A DNA stretch of 32,000 nucleotides from Halogeometricum borinquense DSM 11551 (GTDB lineage Archaea > Halobacteriota > Halobacteria > Halobacteriales > Haloferacaceae), in contig NC_014735.1 in assembly GCF_000172995.2 (NCBI RefSeq), positions 240,001 through 272,000 of the forward strand, written 5' to 3'. The stretch's first letter is position 1; each line of letters opens with the position of its first letter. The notes under the pieces were generated by a model. That model worked only from the letters and a program-made list of their open reading frames with translations. It did not search any database and had not been told where the DNA came from. Of the stretch, positions 25,073 through 32,000 are shown in pieces. The position numbers and the translations under genes are program-made.

Positions 25073-28000
25073 TTACGCACCTGTCTCGAACTCGAAGCGT
25101 GTACCTCCCTCCGAACTGGCCGTTAGTGAGATGGACCACCCGTGCGCGTTCGCAATGTCGGCTACGATTGCTAATCCGAACCCGGTCCCGCCTTGATTGG
25201 TGGTGTATCCGTACTCGAATACGTCCTCGCGTTTTTCCGGTGGTATCCCTGTGCCGTTGTCTTCGACGTAGAAACCGTCCGTACGGTCCAGTTTACCGAC
25301 GTTCACGGTTACATCTTCGCCGCCGTGTTCGACCGCGTTTCTGAACAGGTTCTCGAACAGTTCGGTAAGGAGGTTACACTCACCGTACACCAACGGTGTT
25401 TCATCAGCGATCTGGAGATTTGCATCCCCTGTCTCGACGTACGTCCATCCCTCGCGGGCGATCTCATTCAGTGGACACTCCGTCCCGTCTCCGATGTTGT
25501 CTCTTGCTTTTGAGAGTACCAAGAGATCCTCGATGAGTCCCTCCATCCGGTTGAGTGCCGAGTTGATTTTCTCGAAGTACTCTTTTTCACCCTTCTCTTC
25601 GGCCAGTTCTATGTACCCTCGTGCAACACTGAGCGGATTCCGGAGGTCGTGTGACACGATGCTGGCGAACTTTTCGAGTCGGTCGTTCTGTTTCTGTAGT
25701 TCGCGCTCGCGGTCGCGGAGGAGTTTACTCCGCTCTATCCGAGTCAACGCTCCGGTCAGCGCCTCACCGAGCAGCGTCACTAACGTCTGATCGACTGCGC
25801 TGAACGCGTCGGGAGAAAGTGATGAGACGATGACTACTCCGTGTTCCTCTAACGGATGTACGATTGCGCTCCGAACTGGTGTGTGGTCTGCGAGTGTACT
25901 CTGTTCGTTGATATCGTCGATCGTGCGTTGGTCACCCGTCTCGAAGACATCCCAGACGAGGCTCGACACGGGATCTCCTTCCGCTTCTCTGTCGTACGTT
26001 GACGGAGTGAAGTGTTCCGACCCCGTTGCGTCCGTGAACGCCGTTTGACGAAGTTCGCTACCCGTTTGCAGATGTATCCCGCAGAATTCCACATCGAGGA
26101 TGTCCGTGGCTGCTTCGACGCCCAACTCTGCCGCTTCGTCCGTACCTGAGGCGTCGATTAGGCGGCTGGTGTACTGCTGAAGGCGCTCCAGTTTACGTTT
26201 GTACTCTTCGGCACTCGTGACATCGGTCGAGATGCTGGCTATCTGTTTCACCACTCCGTCATCGTTCGTTATCGGGTGAGCCCGAGATCGGACCCACCGA
26301 ACTCCCCGCTCGGGATGCTGAATTCGGAATTCTTGATGCTGGGGCCACTCCGCTTCTGTCGTTTGTTGTGCCTCGATGTCGGACCGAACCGCTTCGATGT
26401 CGTCCGGGTGAATCCGCTCTAGCCACGCTTTGGGGTCTTGACGGAGTTGCTGTTCGGTGACGCCATACATCTCCTCGGTAGCTGAGTTCATAAATGAGAC
26501 TTCCGAGTAGTCGGGAGGCACGAGGAAGAAAGCGTGATCGACGTTTTCGGCGAATGTCCGGAACTGTTGGTGTGCTTGGCGGAGCGTTCGTTCTTGCTCT
26601 TTCAGTGTGGTGATGTCCTGAAGTACGCCACGAAGCACTGTCTCTCCGGATCGTTCTTTCTCGACGAGTTCGCACCAGGCCCGAACGTCGCGGACTTCCC
26701 CGTCTGCCCGAGTGATTCGCGTCTCGATGCTGTTCGTTTCCTGTCCTTCGAGTGCTTGATTGAAGAACGACGCAATCTGCTCTCTATCGTCTGGATGACA
26801 GAATTCGATCACGTCCTCGAGTGTCGGCTCGTACTCCAGGTCGATACCGTGAATACGATAGATTCCATCGGACCATCGCAGTTCCTCCGACTTGGGACAG
26901 TATTCCCAGATTCCGATTTCGGCGATCTCCTGGACGCGGTCGAACAGAAACTCCTGTCGTTGGAGTTCGGACTCACGCTTTTTCTGCTCGGTGATGTCAC
27001 GATACAACCAGATGTTGCCCCTCCCTTCTGGAAGTTGGTACGACACGTAGCTTCGTTCGACTGTCCGTCCGTCTGCAAGCGCTAATTCCTCGTTCAGTAC
27101 GGTCTCTTGATCTGCAAGAATCTCTTCGAGGCGGGTTATGAAGCCCTCCGGATCAGCAAACTGCTGTTTCAGATCCTCGGCGACGGCTTCGCAGTTCTGT
27201 CCAACGAGGTCATCGGGTGATCCAGAGAGGTCGATAATATCGTGCAGTGCCTCGTTGGCGGCGATTATCTCTCTCGTCTCGTCTTCGACTAACACGCCGA
27301 CCGGGAGGTTAGCAAGCAGTTCCGAGAGAATCGTGTTCGTCTCGGTGAGTCGTTCTTCCCATCGTTTTCGCTCCGTGATGTCGAGCGAGTAGCCCAGAAC
27401 GCCGAGGATTTCCCCATCCGGGTCGCCCCGCGGAACTTTCGAGGTGAGGAACCATCGATCTAACTCCTCGTTGTATTCCTCTCGATTCAGGATTGGGTTC
27501 TCCCTGTTCGATCACTCGTAAGCTCTCGGCGTGAGTGCGCTTGGAGAACTCCTCTGAAGCCCCGGCATCGGCTTCGACATCGGTTTTGCCGATGTACTGG
27601 TCGGGGTCGTCCACGAGGCCGCGACTCATCCACTGGTGACGACCCTCGCGGTCTTTGATGAACAGATGGATCGGGACGTACTCGAAAATCGTATCGAGGA
27701 GTTGCTTTTGCTCCGTCAGGGTTGCTTCCCGTTCGGCCCGTCCCATCGCCGCCTTGACGGTCGCCCCGAGAATTTTGAACAAACCGATCTGCCTCTCTGC
27801 GAACGTCTGCTCGGCCGTCGTCGCGGCCAGGAGAATTCCGTACTCGCCGAGGGGAACCACTATCTCACTGTGTATCTCGGTCCCGTGAGCGTACGACTCG
27901 TCCACGCTGGACACATCGGAACAATACTGCACTTCCCCGGATTCGAACGCTTCCCACGCGAGGCTCTCTCCGGGAGGTATCCGCGGAAGGGTGTCGAACT

Positions 28001-29354
28001 GTTCTTGTGCCGCCGCAGTTTCGGTTTCGGGAACGAGTTCGTTTTCACGTTCGTCGTACGTCCAAACGCCAGTAATCTCGAACTCGAGTATGTCTGCAAC
28101 CGCTTCGACCCCGATTTCTCCGACTTCAGCGGGCGACGAGGCGACGTTGAGGCGCCGTGCTGTCCGTTGAAGCGCCCAGAGTTGATGCTCCAACTGTTTC
28201 TGCTCGGTCACGTCTCGCGCAACCACGAGTACCTGTGGTTCCCCGTCCGCCTGAAGTGGTGTGAGTCGCGTGTCGAAACACCGCCGTTCCAGTGGAGTCC
28301 CCAGTTCGAAGTGAAGGTCACAGTCGTAGGGGGTAGCGCTGCTGTCGTCTTCTTCCGCCGCATGAAGTACTTCTTCAAATGCCTGATTGAACTCCCGTAT
28401 GTCAGAGCGAGAGACCGCGTCTCCGACGATATCTTTCAGTTGTTCTCCTTCTAGTTGATCCGGGCCTGTTCGGTCGAACGCCTGGGCCGCGGCGGCGTTT
28501 GCGAATTGGATTGTTGACGTTTCATCGAGGACGAACACCGCATCGTGGATGTTCTTGAGGACGGTTTCGTTTCGCTCTAACTCCTGTTTCCGTTCTCGTT
28601 CGTCCGTAATCTCATGAGAGAATACTGTGAGTCCGTTTTCGTCCGGAAACGCGCGCACCTGAACCCAGTAGTCGAGTGGTCCGCCGATATGCTGCTCGAA
28701 CGTGACTGGGGATCCGGTCTCTATGGCAGTTCGGTATTTTTCTTCCAGTTCAGTCCCCACGGTGAACGGAAACTCTTCCCAGAGATTCGCGCCGATAACC
28801 GCTTCGGGGTCACGGCCGACGCGCTCTGCCATCTGCTCGTTCATATACTCGATACGCCACTCTGTATCGACGGCGTAGATTGCGTCAGTCGTCCGCTCTA
28901 GTGTCCGTTGGACGTGGTTCTCTAATTGGCTCGCACGCTTCCGGTCCCGTGCCGCCTCCACGAACGTACGAATACGATTGATAAGGAGATTACAATCATC
29001 TACGTCCGAGCGAATTGGGATGTAATCCGTTACGTCCGCTTGTGTCGCCGCCGTCGCAACGTTCTCGTTTCCTTGCTCGGTGAGCAGAATTACTGGGAGT
29101 TCGTCGTCTTCGGCCCGTATCGATTCGATGAGATCGATTCCGGTTCGGTCTGGGAGTTCGTAGGCGGTGACGACGCAGTCGATGGGATGTGAGGATAGTA
29201 TCTCAAGCGCCTCCCCAACGCACTCGGCAGTAACGCAATTGATCTCTGAGTTGGTGGTCTCGATATCTTCACAGACCAAATCAGTGAACGCATAGCTGTC
29301 GTTCACATAGAGCACCTTGATAGGTGTCTCTAACTCAGTGTCCCAACTGCTCAC
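25073..29354 (-). pseudogene. Very large hybrid sensor (REC, PAS, PAS, GAF, PAS x3-4, GAF, HisKA, HATPase_c) split by a +1 nt frameshift near 27490-27511
   Basis: The upstream ORF (29354-27309) starts with a receiver domain (IKVLYVNDSYAF...VVTAYELPDRTGIDLI). It reads sensibly up to ...HAESLRVIEQGEP and then turns into Arg/Gly-rich nonsense. The frame of the downstream ORF is open from 27511 and continues the same PAS domain as (P)ILNREEYNEELDRWFLTSKVPRGDPDGEILGVLGYSLDITERKRWEE. It then runs through LVEDETREIIAAN to the H-box FASIVSHDLRNPLSVARGY and G-boxes DNGTGIP and GTGFGLAIV. The span is 4282 nt (3n+1). Confidence 0.8.
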
Positions 29355-29632
29355 AATACGGATATAATATGTGACTGTATAGATAAGCGTTTTTGCCGCA
29401 TTTCAGGCGCTGATACTCTCGTTTAACTGGCTAGAGAATCATTCAAGAATGGCAGAAATATCCGTGAATTTACTTTTTATTTGGTCGATGATTTTGATCC
29501 CATATGTCGGTGGCCTGAATTACTACCAACGAACTATCGCTCGCCATTTAATAAATCTAATTTCCGAATTTCCGCACGTGCGAGTGATGGCGATCACTAC
29601 CTGTTATTCCCATACTATATTCTGTTGACAAA

Positions 29633-29824
29633 ATGGCCACAAACGCAATCGATGTGGATGGGTTACTAGGAGTCATTGACCAGTACCCCGAATTCCAACA
29701 GTTCAAGCCTGGATCGGACGTTCTGGCCCATCAGTCTTGGTTTACTGTTCTCGTCTTGATGGTCTGGACCGTCGTCGCGCCCGCCGTGGGGTATCTGAAG
29801 TTCCGAACCATGGAGATTGTGTAG
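29633..29824 (+). CDS. Possible small membrane protein (63 aa) or a remnant of a permease C-terminus
   Basis: The ATG is preceded by a TATA-like ccatactatatt ~20-30 nt upstream. There is one clear hydrophobic helix, WFTVLVLMVWTVVAPAVGYL, followed by KFRTMEIV. No family was recognised. Confidence 0.3.
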   Translation: MATNAIDVDGLLGVIDQYPEFQQFKPGSDVLAHQSWFTVLVLMVWTVVAPAVGYLKFRTMEIV

Positions 29825-29849
29825 CCTCCGTTGCTCGGTCGCCGGAGGC
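29824..29849 (+). other. Stem-loop (7-bp GC-rich stem, 12-nt loop) overlapping the stop codon of the 63-aa ORF
   Basis: gcctccg (29824-29830) pairs perfectly with cggaggc (29843-29849). No oligo-T follows, so a terminator role is uncertain. Confidence 0.3.
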
Positions 29850-29910
29850 AGTTGAAATCCCGACGGAACAACAAAAATTGATATTTTCAAGCCTGCAAGC
29901 GGGCTAAAAC

Positions 29911-29947
29911 GGGGTCCTGAGGGGCGTGGTCGTGGGGTGCCCTGGGG
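29911..29947 (+). other. G-quadruplex-type motif, four GGGG runs
   Basis: GGGGtcctgaGGGGcgtggtcgtGGGGtgccctGGGG has loops of 6, 9 and 6 nt. It is in non-coding DNA ~130 nt beyond the stop of the minus-strand Bat-type gene. Confidence 0.4.
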
Positions 29948-30075
29948 CAAGTGTGTAACGCTAGCTGTTGTCACACTACCCATATGGACAATGGTTCTGA
30001 TCTCTTGTTAATTTTTCGTCATGAACGGTGCCGGTACGGTCGAGAGGATCGCCGGCGGTGTGCGAATCGCTCGTG

Positions 30076-32000
30076 CTATTCCGTTCGAGGCGACGGTGGT
30101 TGTGTCGGTAACACGGGTGACAACAGGTGATCGAACACCTTTTGCTCGGCTTTTCGAAGGTGTTGGTGGAACGTCGGCGGCGAGACACCTAACGATTCGG
30201 CCACGCCCTCGCCCGTCGTCTCCCGAGGCCACTGGAAGAACCCAGCGTGATAGGCGGCTTCAAGCGCCGTTCGCTGCCGCTCGGTCAGTTGGTTACGCAA
30301 GACGCGCTGGATTCGATTCGTCGTGTTATCCCGCCGGGTCACCTGTCGGTGTTTGAGCAACTGCGCCATCGGATACGTTTCCTCGATCGTTTTGGTTATC
30401 TGTCGAATGTCCGCCGTCGGTGCGACATGAACGGTGATGTTGTAGTCGCCGTCTTCGATGACAGCTTGCTTGATTGAACCGCCAGCCGAAGCGACCACCG
30501 AGAGAACAGGGGGATTTGAGAGTTGAGCCTCGAAATCCGTCTTCTTTCCTTCATCGTGGAATGAGACAGATTCCCAGTACGGGAGTTGTTCGACGATACT
30601 CCGAACGTTGTCGATTGCGTCCCCCGTCGCGCTCCCGTACAGCAGATATCTCTCGTCTTCGATAGGCATCATGTGGTCGAACGAGATTCGCCCGTTCTGG
30701 TTTGATTCGGCATTTAACGCCTCGAAGACATCAGGTATCTGAAATGCAATTTCGATCACGTCATCGCTCATGAGTGCCCGCTTTCGTTCCGTTGCGGCGA
30801 TGGCGTGGCCGATGATTTCACCGAGTTGTTCGACGACCGCCCGTTCTTCGCCTTCGAACGCATTGAGACGCTTACTGTAGACGTTCAAGACTCCGTATAT
30901 CGCGTCTTCGTGGATGATCGGAATTGCGGCAGACGAGCGGAACTCGTGCGCTTCGATGTGCTCACGCCACGGGTCGTGGCTGGGATCTTGGTCGATATTC
31001 TGCGTTGTCTGTATTTCTCCGGTTTTGAATGCTCTCCCCGTGGGACCGTTGCTCCGCTCGTCGTTTGGGTCCACGGAGATGACAATATCGTCCAGATAGC
31101 CTTTGGTTCCAGCTTTGGTTCGGACGTTGACTCTCTTCGAGGTCGTGTCCACGTCGCCGACCCATGCGAACGAGTACGAATCCGATTTGGCGAGGAACTC
31201 ACAGACGGTTTCCTCGATCTCTTCGCGGGTTGATTGGTTGATGACCACATCTGTCGTCTCCCGGACGACTTCGTTGAGGCTGTTCAACGCCGCTAATCGC
31301 TCGCGCTGACGCACGAGTTCTCGTTCGTCCGCGTGACGAGCAATCGCCGAGGCGAGGATGTTGGCGACCGACTGGACGAAGTTGACGTCGTGCGTGGAGA
31401 ACGATTTCGCCGCTGTATCGTGTGTTCCGAGGATACCCCACGGATCGTCACTCGGGCCAACGATGGTGCTGATACCGCTTCGAACGTCGTGCTCTCTGAG
31501 CAGGTCCGGCCCGCTGAATCTCGTTTCTGTCTCTAAGTCTGATACCACGACTGGCTGGTCGGTTCGCAGTGTGTGGGCCGCTTGGGAGTCGTCTGCGACG
31601 GCGGACACAGTCGCGGAGCCGACGATTCCGTCGTGCCACCCCACTCCTTGTCGAAGCAGTAGTTCGTCCGCATCGGCGTCGAGGTCGAGAATTTTACAGT
31701 AGTCGTTGCCGAGGGTGTTGGCGACCTGTCTTGTGGCTTCGGTCAGCAACGTATCGATATCCCGAACTTCGAGCGCTTGCCGACCGAGTTTCGTGATTGA
31801 CTTTTGCTGACGTATCCGTCGCTGTAGTTTCTGTTCGCGTTCGAGGCGGTCGGAGACGTCGCGGACGACACCACACCGCCCGTAGCTTCCTTCCAATGGG
31901 AACAGCGCGAACCGGCTCTCACACGGAACTTTCTCCCCGGATTTTGTCCTGATGTCAAGTTCGATCCTCGCTGACTCTCGGTCTGTATCGATGACCGTTT
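30076..32000 (-). CDS. Bat-type transcription regulator (PAS, GAF, GAF, HTH_10), 5' end beyond the right edge
   Basis: The C-terminal HTH_10 is LTERQRTALEAAYHAGFFQWPRETTGEGVAESLGVSPPTFHQHLRKAEQKVF. There are two GAF-like regions. The frame stays open upstream of the track start (a TTG at 31896) to base 32000, reading ..TVIDTDRESARIELDIRTKSGEKVPCESRFALFPLEGSYG, which is the end of a PAS domain. Confidence 0.85.
   Translation of the reverse strand, partial: TVIDTDRESARIELDIRTKSGEKVPCESRFALFPLEGSYGRCGVVRDVSDRLEREQKLQRRIRQQKSITKLGRQALEVRDIDTLLTEATRQVANTLGNDYCKILDLDADADELLLRQGVGWHDGIVGSATVSAVADDSQAAHTLRTDQPVVVSDLETETRFSGPDLLREHDVRSGISTIVGPSDDPWGILGTHDTAAKSFSTHDVNFVQSVANILASAIARHADERELVRQRERLAALNSLNEVVRETTDVVINQSTREEIEETVCEFLAKSDSYSFAWVGDVDTTSKRVNVRTKAGTKGYLDDIVISVDPNDERSNGPTGRAFKTGEIQTTQNIDQDPSHDPWREHIEAHEFRSSAAIPIIHEDAIYGVLNVYSKRLNAFEGEERAVVEQLGEIIGHAIAATERKRALMSDDVIEIAFQIPDVFEALNAESNQNGRISFDHMMPIEDERYLLYGSATGDAIDNVRSIVEQLPYWESVSFHDEGKKTDFEAQLSNPPVLSVVASAGGSIKQAVIEDGDYNITVHVAPTADIRQITKTIEETYPMAQLLKHRQVTRRDNTTNRIQRVLRNQLTERQRTALEAAYHAGFFQWPRETTGEGVAESLGVSPPTFHQHLRKAEQKVFDHLLSPVLPTQPPSPRTE

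Noticed and set aside
29851-29872. gttgaaatcccgacggaacaac, which superficially resembles a CRISPR repeat
   Set aside because: It is present only once in the window and has no regularly spaced copies. No cas genes are present.

Overview
The window looks like a chromosomal segment of a halophilic archaeon (class Halobacteria). Evidence: strongly acidic predicted proteins, three HTH_10/Bat-type regulators, HalX and HalOD1 domains, twin-arginine plus lipobox solute-binding proteins, AT-rich spacers with TATA-like boxes about 30 nt upstream of start codons, and many 1-4 nt start/stop overlaps.

Layout:
- 1-9.1 kb: a cytoskeleton/cell-shape neighbourhood. It holds an actin-fold ATPase with a Ser/Thr-rich tail, a Zn-ribbon protein and a PAS-GAF-HTH_10 regulator. 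On the minus strand it has RdfA-like -> SMC-like Sph coiled-coil protein -> small HalOD1 protein. Next to these is a frameshifted REC-HalX response regulator coupled to a P-loop-less RecA-like protein.
- 9.5-14.1 kb: a membrane-anchored conserved hypothetical, a PAS-PAS histidine kinase, and a cytochrome P450 with a divergent HTH_10 regulator.
- 14.4-18.2 kb: a TroA/ZnuA-type metal ABC uptake operon plus a DtxR-family repressor. Two TTAGA-N4-TCTAA palindromes bracket it.
- 18.2-18.7 kb: a stretch with no convincing CDS, followed by pgpA.
- 19.2-25.0 kb: a NitT/TauT-type ABC importer, deoxyhypusine synthase, and an ABC-2 exporter pair.
- 25.1-29.4 kb: one very large REC-PAS-GAF-PAS-kinase gene split by a single-base frameshift.
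- 29.4-30.1 kb: an orphan region with a small ORF, a hairpin and a G4 motif.
- 30.1 kb to the right edge: a Bat-type regulator that runs off the window.

I recognised no rRNA, tRNA, CRISPR array or transposase. All family assignments come from motif reading by eye; no database search was possible.
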